A program made the translations under genes and the position numbers. Below the pieces are notes generated by a model. The model was not told the DNA's origin. It saw only the letters and a program-made list of their open reading frames with translations, and did not search any database. Source: Aulosira sp. ZfuVER01 (GTDB lineage: Bacteria; Cyanobacteriota; Cyanobacteriia; Cyanobacteriales; Nostocaceae). From it: DNA of 64,000 nt. The stretch lies in NCBI GenBank assembly GCA_034530615.2, contig JAVRCV020000071.1, positions 32,001 through 96,000 of the forward strand, given 5' to 3'. Positions 10,777 to 20,248 of the stretch are shown here, piece by piece; within the stretch, counting starts at the first letter, position 1; each line of letters opens with the position of its first letter.

Positions 10777-12388
10777 TTTGGATACAAAAATCCTGCCTTT
10801 GTCACCTAGCTACGCCAAAAAACAGAATAGAGCATCAGATTCTACAGCGCCCAATCACTTGAGTGCTGTTCCTAAGTCTCGTCCCAGTCAAATCAATAAC
10901 CACGAAATGTCCTCAAAAGACATTTCTCAAAATCATAAAAATTGGATAGCAGAAAAATCAAACTCTCATGCCACTGAGGAACCTAACAAACAATTAGCAG
11001 ACAAATCAACTAAGACTGAGGCTAATGGCCCAGCAGCTATTACCTCAGAAAAAGATCTGCCAGGTGTTAAGGGGCCTGATTCAGGTAAAGATGAACAATC
11101 AAGTGATGTTCACCAGAAGGGGTTTTTACCTGTATTAAAAAACCCCAATTTCTTAGCTCTTTGGGGTGGTCAAGTTTTTTGCCAACTAGCAGATAAAGTT
11201 TATCTGGTGCTGATGATTGGCTTGATTAACACTCAGTTTCAAGCCAGTCATCAAAGCATTAGTGGTTGGGTATCAGCTTTAATGATGGCTTTTACAATTC
11301 CCGCCGTACTATTTGGTTCCGTGGCTGGTGTGTTTGTAGATCGCTGGTCAAAAAAGACGGTATTAGTGGCTACGAATGTTTGGCGGGGAATTTTGGTGTT
11401 GGCTATTCCTTTACTTTTATGGTTGACTCATGATTGGAAACCAATAGGAATGTTGCCAGTAGGTTTTTTGATCATTTTGGGCGTGACTTTTTTAGTCTCC
11501 ACCCTCACACAGTTTTTTGCACCAGCAGAACAAACAGCAATTCCTTTGGTGGTGGAAGAGCAGCATTTACTCTCAGCTAACTCCCTGTACACAACAACAA
11601 TGATGGCATCAGTGATTGTTGGCTTTGCTGTCGGGGAACCACTGTTAGCGATCGCGGATCAACTGTGGTTGCAACTGGGTGCAAGTGGCGGATTGGGTAA
11701 GGAAATTGTGGTAGGTGGAAGTTATGCGATCGCTGGGCTAATTTTGAGTTTTCTGGTAACTAACGAAAAACCCCACGATTCAGCAACAGAATTTCCTCAT
11801 GTTTTCTCCGATCTGCGTGATGGACTGCGCTATCTCAAAGACAATCATCGTGTTCGCAGTGCTTTAGTGCAACTGATCATTTTGTTTTCCATCTTTGCAG
11901 CATTAACTGTTCTAGCTGTACGGATGGCAGAAATAATTCCTCACTTGAAAGCCTCTCAATTTGGCTTTTTATTAGCAGCTGGTGGTGTTGGTATCGCGGC
12001 TGGGGCGACAATTCTTGGTCAATTTGGTCAACGCTTCTCTTACACTGGCCTCAGTCTGTGTGGTTGTCTTGGCATGGCAGCTTCCCTAATTGGTTTATCC
12101 ATATTCACAACACAGCTATGGATTGTGCTTTTGTTAGTAGCATTGTTGGGTGTATTTGGCGCATTAGTGGGAATACCCATGCAAACTACAATTCAAACAG
12201 AAACCCCAGCAGAAATGCGGGGTAAAGTCTTTGGTCTGCAAAACAATGTGATTAATATCGCCCTTTCATTACCTTTAGCATTAGCGGGTGTCGCTGAAAC
12301 CTTTATTGGATTACAGGCAGTGTTTTTGGCATTAGCTGTAATTGTCTTTTTTGGCGGTATCTTCACCTGGTATACCTCTCATAGATAG
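10760..12388 (+). CDS. MFS transporter with long hydrophilic N-terminal extension
   Basis: ~12 TMs, [10 protein letters not shown] motif A, MRGKVFG. Confidence 0.9.
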   Translation: MMQPSDLDTKILPLSPSYAKKQNRASDSTAPNHLSAVPKSRPSQINNHEMSSKDISQNHKNWIAEKSNSHATEEPNKQLADKSTKTEANGPAAITSEKDLPGVKGPDSGKDEQSSDVHQKGFLPVLKNPNFLALWGGQVFCQLADKVYLVLMIGLINTQFQASHQSISGWVSALMMAFTIPAVLFGSVAGVFVDRWSKKTVLVATNVWRGILVLAIPLLLWLTHDWKPIGMLPVGFLIILGVTFLVSTLTQFFAPAEQTAIPLVVEEQHLLSANSLYTTTMMASVIVGFAVGEPLLAIADQLWLQLGASGGLGKEIVVGGSYAIAGLILSFLVTNEKPHDSATEFPHVFSDLRDGLRYLKDNHRVRSALVQLIILFSIFAALTVLAVRMAEIIPHLKASQFGFLLAAGGVGIAAGATILGQFGQRFSYTGLSLCGCLGMAASLIGLSIFTTQLWIVLLLVALLGVFGALVGIPMQTTIQTETPAEMRGKVFGLQNNVINIALSLPLALAGVAETFIGLQAVFLALAVIVFFGGIFTWYTSHR

Positions 12389-12729
12389 TTATCCGATACA
12401 AGCAGCTATTCATCATTACCTTGACATAATTGATGATTTACTGAAAGCTGGATTTTTCGTGATAGACTGATTTCAGCAATCATTTACCATAAGCTTTGCT
12501 AGGAATCGTTAGTATTCCTGGCTGGATAAGTTGTTATTAACTCCTATTTATTAACAGCTTATTAAGTAGAATAACTAATTGAATTAAGCATAAAAACTGG
12601 CTATTTTCTAGAAATAAAACATAGAGTTTTATGATAACTAAACAGTCAGTGATGATAACAGGGTAAAGGCAAAAAAAAAAGGAAATAAAATTAAATATCA
12701 AACCCGCTGTTCTTATAACTGAATAAAGA

Positions 12730-13878
12730 ATGCGTATAGCCTGGATTGGAAAAAAATCACCCTTTTGTGGCAATGTCACCTACAGTCGAGAAATTACAAA
12801 TGCCTTGCTAGACCGAGGGCATGAAGTTAGCTTTCTCCACTTTGCCCAAGAAGAATCTGAACCTGATAACTGGCCAAAATTCCAAGAAGTTCCCTTACCC
12901 TTCATTTACAAGTCCCAGGTTTACACAATTCCCACTTTTAAAGCAACCAAAGTATTAACTGATTCGTTGCGGGAAATCAAACCAGATATCGTCCACGCTT
13001 CCTTGACTTTATCTCCCCTGGACTTTATTCTTCCAGAAATTTGTGAGCAACTAAATTTGCCCCTAATTGCGACATTCCACACACCATTTGCTGGTAAAGG
13101 GGCAAAACTCATCTCTGGAACACAGCTTTTGGCTTATCAGCTGTATGCACCTTTTTTGGTTAACTACGATCGCGTCATTGTATTTTCCCAAATTCAGCGA
13201 GATTTATTGGCGCGGATGGGCGTGAGGGAAGAGAATGTCGCCGTTATTCCCAACGGAGTCGATATTACCAAATATTCTCCAGGGCCTTCTCAAGTCAAAG
13301 CCGAATTTCAAGCCGAACGCTTATTTGTCTATCAAGGGCGGATAGCGCCGGAAAAAAATGTTGAACCACTGCTACGTGCTTGGAAGCAGTCGTCAATGGA
13401 ACCCGATAGCAAGTTGCTAATTGTTGGCGATGGGCCTTTGAAGACTTCTTTACAACCGTTTTATGGTACAGATGAAGGAATTATCTGGTTAGGATTTATT
13501 GCCGATGAAAATCGGCGCGTCGAAATTCTGCGGGGAGCAGATGTATTTATTTTGCCTTCGTTGGTAGAAGGGTTATCTTTATCTCTATTAGAAGCAATGG
13601 CATCTGGACTGGCTTGTTTAGCCACAGATGTGGGTGCAGATGGAGAAGTATTGGAAAAAGGTGCAGGGGTAGTTTTAAATACTAAGACAGTGCGATCGCA
13701 ATTACGAACCCTCTTGCCACTATTCCAAGACCATCCTGAGTTAACAACCGTATTGGGGCAGAAAGCTAGAAAGCGTGTACTAGAACGCTACACCCTCAGT
13801 AATAACATTACTCAGCTAGAACAGTTGTATCGCGAAGTTTTACTACAGCGACCTTTACCTTTAAGTCATAGATTATAA
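12730..13878 (+). CDS. dgdA: GT4 glycosyltransferase, probable DGDG synthase
   Basis: MRIAWIGKKSPFCGNVTY start, EGLSLSLLEAMA; recalled similarity to and gene context of cyanobacterial DgdA. Confidence 0.7.
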   Translation: MRIAWIGKKSPFCGNVTYSREITNALLDRGHEVSFLHFAQEESEPDNWPKFQEVPLPFIYKSQVYTIPTFKATKVLTDSLREIKPDIVHASLTLSPLDFILPEICEQLNLPLIATFHTPFAGKGAKLISGTQLLAYQLYAPFLVNYDRVIVFSQIQRDLLARMGVREENVAVIPNGVDITKYSPGPSQVKAEFQAERLFVYQGRIAPEKNVEPLLRAWKQSSMEPDSKLLIVGDGPLKTSLQPFYGTDEGIIWLGFIADENRRVEILRGADVFILPSLVEGLSLSLLEAMASGLACLATDVGADGEVLEKGAGVVLNTKTVRSQLRTLLPLFQDHPELTTVLGQKARKRVLERYTLSNNITQLEQLYREVLLQRPLPLSHRL

Positions 13879-13944
13879 GCAAGAGTTCTGCTTGAAATTT
13901 TGGTTAGCTGCACTGAATTTGAGAGCATAGAAGGGTGCAGCTAA

Positions 13945-14185
13945 TCGGTGCTATTGTCTTACTCACTGTAGGATCTTGAAACAGCAAAGCTGGAAGATGA
14001 AGTGATGAAGGTAATTTGCAATGCCGAAGAAGAAATCACCGATTCTTGAAGCCGTTCCCAAAACGGCTACGGGGTTGCATAAGGCTGGACTGATTGATCA
14101 GACTACATTGCGTGAATTCGACCGCCTGTGTTTGTCTGTGATTGAACCGTTAGAATCTAGATTAAGAGGTTTAGAAGAGAGCTAA
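13945..14185 (+). pseudogene. Remnant of a type II TA pair: toxin C-terminus plus antitoxin N-terminus (14021-14185) lacking its HTH
   Basis: 14021 ATG gives MPKKKSPILEAVPKTATGLHKAGLIDQTTLREFDRLCL..., the typical HigA2/YiaG-like N-terminus, ending after 54 aa. Confidence 0.7.
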
Positions 14186-14240
14186 TTTGTGGAGTGCGAT
14201 CGCGCTGGAACTTCCAAAAGGTGACAATGAATTATGAGAA

Positions 14241-14540
14241 ATGCACGTCATTAGCTATCGAATTTTAAGAGAATATACTGTAAGTTACGCTGATTGCCGT
14301 GACACTATTGATAACTGGTATAAAGTTGCTAGCAAGGCAGATTGGTCTAATTTAATTGAGGTACAATCAGTTTTTCCGAAAGCAGAAGCGGTTGGTAATT
14401 TTACTATTTTCAATATTAAGGGTAATAAATATCGCTTAATTGTGAGTATAGATTATGAAAAACAATTAATTTATATCAAATATATCCTTACCCATGCTGA
14501 ATATGATAAGGAGGAATGGAAAAATGACCCTTACTTTTAA
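14241..14540 (+). CDS. higB: HigB family toxin (mRNA interferase)
   Basis: MHVIS, FNIKGNKYRLIV, THAEYDK. Confidence 0.92.
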   Translation: MHVISYRILREYTVSYADCRDTIDNWYKVASKADWSNLIEVQSVFPKAEAVGNFTIFNIKGNKYRLIVSIDYEKQLIYIKYILTHAEYDKEEWKNDPYF

Positions 14541-14925
14541 TTCAGATAAATATAAAGAGTTACTATCTCAGTATCAGCCAAAATTGATTAGGAATGAAGA
14601 AGAGAATAAAAAAGCTTTAGCTATTGTAGAAGAATTAATGCACCGATCTAACCGCAGCCCTGAAGAAGATGAACTTTATGAGTTGCTAATTCTTTTAATT
14701 GAAAAGTTTGAGCAAGAATACTATTCGCCAGGGAAAGCATCTCAGCCTGATTCTATATTGCGTTTTTTGATGGAGCAAAGGGATATAAAAGAATCAGATT
14801 TGGTTGGTGTTATTGGTTCTCAAAAGATTGTTTCGGAAGTGATTAATGGACAGCAAGAAATCAGCAAAGCTCAAGCTAAGGCTTTGGGTGAATTTTTCCT
14901 GGTTGATCCTGGTTTGTTTATTTGA
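14524..14925 (+). CDS. higA: HigA family HTH antitoxin
   Basis: Overlaps higB; LIEKFEQE, C-terminal HTH (VSEVING..ISKAQAKALGEFF). Confidence 0.88.
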   Translation: MTLTFNSDKYKELLSQYQPKLIRNEEENKKALAIVEELMHRSNRSPEEDELYELLILLIEKFEQEYYSPGKASQPDSILRFLMEQRDIKESDLVGVIGSQKIVSEVINGQQEISKAQAKALGEFFLVDPGLFI

Positions 14926-14942
14926 TGTATGACCACAAAAGT

Positions 14943-14971
14943 GCGTAGGCGTAGCCCGTCGTAGACATCGC
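14943..14971 (+). repeat. 21-nt small dispersed repeat inserted in a HIP1 site (SDR5-like)
   Basis: GCG+TAGGCGTAGCCCGTCGTAGAC+ATCGC. Confidence 0.75.
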
Positions 14972-15118
14972 CTCACTGTCTATGCCGGAGAATATAATCA
15001 GCAACAGGCAATTTCAGCAAGCCAGCAGATTCGTTTAGCTAAGTTGCTGTAACTACAAGATTTAACGCGCATTATTTCTGTAAGAAAGGCAACCAAATAT
15101 GAGCAACGAATCTATTTA

Positions 15119-15700
15119 GGGCTTGCTGAAAAAGTCAGAAAAAAGGAATTTTAAGGGTTGACTAGTTATTGGGACTCAGTCAAGGATAAGTGTTTATTGA
15201 CTATAAATATTTCAACTATAAACTGCAATTATATTAGACGGGAAAAAAGGTGTGGTTTTCAAAAATAGACATAAAAAAGCGTAAAAAAGCCGTGACAAGT
15301 GAGTAGAAAGATTCATCACTAAAAAAGTAATAGCAATTGCAGTCACAGAGGTATGAGACAGTTTAGCCATCACTCTACCAAGGCTAAATCGTCTTTTAGC
15401 TTGTTTGCGTCAAATTCCACCGACTTCCCAGCTTTACCTCGGACAATGGGACGAATATATGGTTGGCTTAAACTCACGATCCGGTCATCAATGCTTTGCT
15501 TTTTATTTTCATATAACCATAGTTGTTGACGATAAATTTCTCCAACAACTAACAACATTTTTTTTATATTGTCTCTTACTTAATGGTTCTAGGCTGGCTC
15601 CTGCAATGATTAGCTGGTCAATATGCGAGAAATTTCTTTTGATATATTGGAGTTGTTTTTTTATCACTTTTCTCTTTTTATCTGTTGATAGATTGGCTCA
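15119..15700 (-). mobile_element. Degraded IS5-family element (transposase fragments, one probable terminal repeat)
   Basis: KKQLQYIKRN and DRIVSLSQPYIRPIVRGKAGKSVEF fragments with frameshifts and deletion; end motif GGGCTTGCTGAAAAAG at 15119. Confidence 0.8.
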
Positions 15701-15809
15701 TCTGAAAAACTTGAATGGATAGCAGTTGATGCTTAGTTGAGTCGTTGGGGCGAGCAGTTGAGTAAGTTCTTCATTGATAAGACTTTAGGCTTTACTCTAG
15801 CTTCAATAG

Positions 15810-18554
15810 CTAAGGCTTGTAGATAATCCAGTCTCCGGAGGTAACTAGCTTATAGTCAGTGAAAAGTTTTTCATACTGCTTAATTTCTTCGTTGAGTCCA
15901 GCACAGTATCCATAATTATATTGAATACAAAGACCTCGCCACTCTCCGCTTATTACTGAGCTTCCAGATTGTACAACGTTAGACTCTGGAGTTACTTTAA
16001 CAAATTTTGTATATAAAGCATTTAACGAGCTAAGCTGTTGAGCAGTAAGTGTCGAAATATATAATTCTGGTACTGGTAATTTAGGATTTTTAATAAATAG
16101 ATTAAGCTTTTGCTCAAATTTCTGAGCGTTAGCAATGCTCTCCTTCTTTAATGAGGATCGACATTCACTTAGTAAAGATTGAGAATCATTTTTATTGCTT
16201 GTGTCAGTAAAAAAGTCTGCAAACTTTAACATCAACTTAGCACAATCCCCAAATTGTTTTTTGAGTTGAAAGTTTCTAGCCTGAGTAAGTACGACATTTT
16301 CACTGATTCCTTGCTGCTGCTGCATAATATCCCTAATAGTACGCGCTTCTTGTTCTTTAATACTACTTTTATAAAGGTGAGTTATACCAATTATTATGAT
16401 CAATGCAGATACACCTGCAACTATGAGTTTTGTAAAGGTAGATACGGTGAAGCTATGTTTTTTTCTGAGAGCTTCGCTGAATTGCGTTTCAGAAGATGTA
16501 GAAGTCTTAGAAATAAATTTAGGTTCCAATACTTCAATTGATTCTTGTACAACTTGTTTTACTAAAATCTGATTGTCTTGTTTAATTTCACTCTCTTGAG
16601 ACAAAACTTCTACAATTACTTCACTGTTTTCAATTAATTTCGCTTCAACCTGTGCTATTTCCTGAGCAGAAAGCTCTAAAATATATTGAAAACGTTGAAG
16701 TTCTTCACGAGTAGCATCACTAAGAGGATATTCAAATTGAATTGACTCTCTAAACACCTGTTCATACTGCTGAAGCTTTTGCTGATGTTCCTCGATTGCA
16801 GCAACAATTGGATTTTCAATTGCAATAACATCCTCAGCAGTCAGATTCAACGCTTGATGACGTTGCTTTAGTTGAGAGCGATTGAAAGCATTGAGCGGAT
16901 ATTCTTGCCGAACAGCTTCTGTAAACTCTTGCTCATACTGCTTCAAGTTTGCTTGATGCGTTTCAATCTCCGCATTAATCCGCCTCTCAATCGCTCCCAC
17001 ATCCCGATCACTCAACCCCAACGTCTGCCACGTTTGCTGCAATTGCTTCTGGGTCACCTCATCTGGATAATGCTGGCGCTGCGTCGCTTTCACAAACGCC
17101 TGCTCGTACTGCTGGAGTTTTTGATGATAGCTTTCAATCTGCGTGGTGATTTGCGCTTCGATTGGTGCAACATCTACATCCGTCAGTTCTAAGCGCTGCT
17201 GTTGTTGACGTAAGTCATTCCGGGTTGCCTCACTCAGGGGATATTCCTGCTGGGTGGCAGTAAAAAACAGCCGTTCGTAGTCCTGGAGTTTTTGGTGATA
17301 TGCCTCTACCTCAGCCGTAATCTGAGATTCGATCGCCGCAATATCCCCATTTGCAAGTTCTAATTGCTGCTGGGTTTGCAGTAAGCGATCGCGGCTTGCT
17401 GCACTCAGGGGAAACTCCTGTCGCAGTGCCGTTGTAAAGGCTTGCTGATATGTTTGCAGGTTTTGCTGATGCGTCTTAAACCGTGCAGTCACCTGTGCCT
17501 CAATCGGCATCGTGTCCTCATTCCGCAGCCCCAAAATTTGCTGGAGATTTTGCAGATCGTGGCGATCGCTATCGGTTATTGTCTCGTCTCGCTCCAGTAG
17601 TTCAGTAAACACCTGCTGATACTGCTGGAGTTTGTCGCGGAACTCGTTGCGGTACGGTTCCAACACCTCATCTTCGATCGCCTTCGCCTCAGTTGGCTCT
17701 AATCCCAAGCGAGTCCTCAATACATCCAATGTTCGACGACCAACAAAGGAAATTTCGCCTCGATGAATAAATCGCACTACCTCTTTCCGGTATCGCTGTG
17801 TGGGATCACCCGGAGCCACCTTTGCCAGTCGAATTTTAAAGCCTTCTCGAATTGCATAGATTTCCGGCTTCATGGCAGGTTGAAGTTCTCGCACCTTCTG
17901 GCTGGCGTATTCATGGAGTTCATCAATGGAGATAAATTCATCCTGATCGCGATCGGCTTCTCCTGACTTGATACCTTCAATCAAAAAACGAGTGTAAATC
18001 GATAAATCTTGCCCTTGCTCTTCAAAGGAATATTGGGTGGAAGTAGAAGAAGTCAACACGACTCTTCCTTCACCGCCTAATTGCTCCCGGATGTCAATCG
18101 TGCCATCATCTTTAGCAGACAGTCCCTCAGCAAACGCGCCACTAAAGCAGCTATCCAAGATTACTACCTGCCGTCGGGAACGGCTTTCGCTCATGCGATC
18201 GTGAATAAAATTGGCAGACACCGCCGTTGAGCGAATCAGTTCACCCTGTTGCGTCTTACTGGTGTTGTGAGTCGCTAAATACAGCCTACCGCGATCATCT
18301 TTGATGCCGTGCCCTGAAAAGTACAGCAACAGCAAATCATCCTTGTGCCGACCGGAGAACAGGGTTTCAATCGCCATTTCTACAGTTTGTCGTTCAGGAT
18401 TTTTTAGCAAGATAATATCTGACGCAGCAAACCCGCCCATCTCTGGATGCATTAGCACTTCGCACACTGCTTCCACATCTCTAACTGCACCGGGCAACGG
18501 ATTCAGCCCTGGCTCATACTCACTGACCCCAACCAGCAATGCAACTTTTGCCAC
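15810..18554 (-). CDS. Caspase-family (C14) protease with helical repeat stalk, TM helix and C-terminal extracytoplasmic domain
   Basis: KVALLVGVSEY, YFSGHG and ILDSCFSG dyad; six ~57-aa repeats; TM LIVAGVSALIIIIGI. Confidence 0.9.
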   Translation of the reverse strand: MAKVALLVGVSEYEPGLNPLPGAVRDVEAVCEVLMHPEMGGFAASDIILLKNPERQTVEMAIETLFSGRHKDDLLLLYFSGHGIKDDRGRLYLATHNTSKTQQGELIRSTAVSANFIHDRMSESRSRRQVVILDSCFSGAFAEGLSAKDDGTIDIREQLGGEGRVVLTSSTSTQYSFEEQGQDLSIYTRFLIEGIKSGEADRDQDEFISIDELHEYASQKVRELQPAMKPEIYAIREGFKIRLAKVAPGDPTQRYRKEVVRFIHRGEISFVGRRTLDVLRTRLGLEPTEAKAIEDEVLEPYRNEFRDKLQQYQQVFTELLERDETITDSDRHDLQNLQQILGLRNEDTMPIEAQVTARFKTHQQNLQTYQQAFTTALRQEFPLSAASRDRLLQTQQQLELANGDIAAIESQITAEVEAYHQKLQDYERLFFTATQQEYPLSEATRNDLRQQQQRLELTDVDVAPIEAQITTQIESYHQKLQQYEQAFVKATQRQHYPDEVTQKQLQQTWQTLGLSDRDVGAIERRINAEIETHQANLKQYEQEFTEAVRQEYPLNAFNRSQLKQRHQALNLTAEDVIAIENPIVAAIEEHQQKLQQYEQVFRESIQFEYPLSDATREELQRFQYILELSAQEIAQVEAKLIENSEVIVEVLSQESEIKQDNQILVKQVVQESIEVLEPKFISKTSTSSETQFSEALRKKHSFTVSTFTKLIVAGVSALIIIIGITHLYKSSIKEQEARTIRDIMQQQQGISENVVLTQARNFQLKKQFGDCAKLMLKFADFFTDTSNKNDSQSLLSECRSSLKKESIANAQKFEQKLNLFIKNPKLPVPELYISTLTAQQLSSLNALYTKFVKVTPESNVVQSGSSVISGEWRGLCIQYNYGYCAGLNEEIKQYEKLFTDYKLVTSGDWIIYKP

Positions 18555-18564
18555 TTCTACTTAC

Positions 18565-18942
18565 CTATGCTGCTACAAAATCTTGAGCTGCTTTAATTGC
18601 AGCTTCGAGTTCTTCCCGGCTGTGGGCTTTCACACTCAGTTTTTTGCCGTTAGCTTCTACCGATAGTTCAATCGGCTTACCACCGAGGCGATCGCCCAGA
18701 AACCCTATCAACTTCTTAGCGTTGGCTGTATTCACCTCAGCCATCAGCAAACCTACCAGAAAACCGCCTAATGACTTATTGTCAGCCGGTGGGTTGGGGT
18801 CAAGGATGCGATTAACTGACTCTACCTCGTCCATATAATTAAGTTCAGCAATCAGCCGTTGAACCTGCTCATCTTGTTCTTCTGGCTCCAAATCGGGGTC
18901 ATTAAAGTGAATCGTCAGTTTGATGTTGGAAGTAACGGTCAT
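18565..18942 (-). CDS. EACC1-like small protein upstream of caspase
   Basis: 125 aa, DPDL..EE...L..EL, PP.D.KSLGG plus hydrophobic helix, IELSVEANGKKL; 10 bp upstream of caspase. Confidence 0.7.
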   Translation of the reverse strand: MTVTSNIKLTIHFNDPDLEPEEQDEQVQRLIAELNYMDEVESVNRILDPNPPADNKSLGGFLVGLLMAEVNTANAKKLIGFLGDRLGGKPIELSVEANGKKLSVKAHSREELEAAIKAAQDFVAA

Positions 18943-19123
18943 GTTTGCCTATGCTGGGGTTGAGTCTCAAATTCTATGTACTCAATTCTCGCATAAGTAT
19001 TCGGTTAATACTGGCATCCTAAATTGACAAAACAAGCTTCTGTATAAATCTTCACAAATAGCTTTGGAGTGAGTCGAAAAATTTTACATGTTACTTTTTT
19101 CTTTTGCGCTAAAACTCAAGCAA

Positions 19124-19921
19124 CTATGAAGACCATCCCAAACTAGTTGGCTGTTCATAAACTCGCTTCAAAGTATTCACATCTCTAACAGAAATCGGCG
19201 GCGGTTGGCGAACTTGAGAAAAGTATAGAGCATCGGTTTGTAGCGGACTATGCCCCCAAATTCCCAAGGCGTGACCGAGTTCGTGACGGGCTGCGGCCAT
19301 GACATAATTACCAGTCTGGCTAGGACTCAACAATATACTGAAACGGTGCAATAAAACTTTGTTGTTGGTATATAACTCATAGGTTGTAAGGGCGGAACGC
19401 GCACGGGGAATTTTATCTGTGGGGGAAATTTGCAGAGGCGGCGCTTTTCGCAAAATACTAATATCTGCAACCTCTGGTTTGTCTACTACCAATAAAGGTA
19501 AATAAACATTCCACTCTTGCACAGCCTGTAAGACGCTGTCAACCCAGGCTTGAGCTTGCTGGCTGTTAATTGCTGTTGGTTTTGCTACGTAAACTCGAAT
19601 AGGAAACTGTGACCAAACAAGATAACCGACTTGGGTTGGTGTAATTTGAGCAAAGTAATCGCCACTGTTGGTGTTATCTTGCCATTTAGCTAGCTTTGGC
19701 GGTAGAGGATGGGGTTTTGGAGAAAGGGATGAGGAGGTGGGGAGAGAAACTATTAAGTCGCTAGTATATTGGGTTACTTGCGCGAAAATAGCATTTGCAG
19801 GGAGATTAGTAAAAATAACTAGCAGCCCTGTACCTATAGCTAAGGCAAGAACTGCTAGTAACTGTCGTGTCAATAAATTTTTCAGGGTTTTGGGTGTTGG
19901 GTATTGGATTTTGTTTCCCAT
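19124..19921 (-). CDS. Matrixin-like (M10) zinc metalloprotease; start uncertain
   Basis: HELGHALGIWGHS; N-terminal hydrophobic segment. Confidence 0.85.
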   Translation of the reverse strand: MGNKIQYPTPKTLKNLLTRQLLAVLALAIGTGLLVIFTNLPANAIFAQVTQYTSDLIVSLPTSSSLSPKPHPLPPKLAKWQDNTNSGDYFAQITPTQVGYLVWSQFPIRVYVAKPTAINSQQAQAWVDSVLQAVQEWNVYLPLLVVDKPEVADISILRKAPPLQISPTDKIPRARSALTTYELYTNNKVLLHRFSILLSPSQTGNYVMAAARHELGHALGIWGHSPLQTDALYFSQVRQPPPISVRDVNTLKRVYEQPTSLGWSS

Positions 19922-19939
19922 TTCCCTATTCCCCTATGC

Positions 19940-20173
19940 TTACTTAGGTAGCCAACCGGCACTTAAAACTACTGTTAAGCCCAGAAAAATAACTGTCAGC
20001 GCCCAAGTAATTCGGTTTAAGGTATTTTCTGCACTCTTGGTGCTGCTAAACAGTTGAGCTTGTCCACCAATAGCCCCAATACCGTCACCTTTAGGACTAT
20101 GCAGCAATACTAAGACAATTAAACCAACGGCGGAAAGTGCCCAAATGCCTTGAACAATACTAGAAACTGTCAT
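19940..20173 (-). CDS. secG: Preprotein translocase subunit SecG
   Basis: VLLHSPKGDGIG, FSSTKSAENTLNRITW. Confidence 0.95.
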   Translation of the reverse strand: MTVSSIVQGIWALSAVGLIVLVLLHSPKGDGIGAIGGQAQLFSSTKSAENTLNRITWALTVIFLGLTVVLSAGWLPK

Positions 20174-20248
20174 GGTAGCAATCTAAATAGATAGTCAATT
20201 TCAAAACAGAAGCGTCAGGATTAAGGTAACAGTTAACTGTTATCTATT

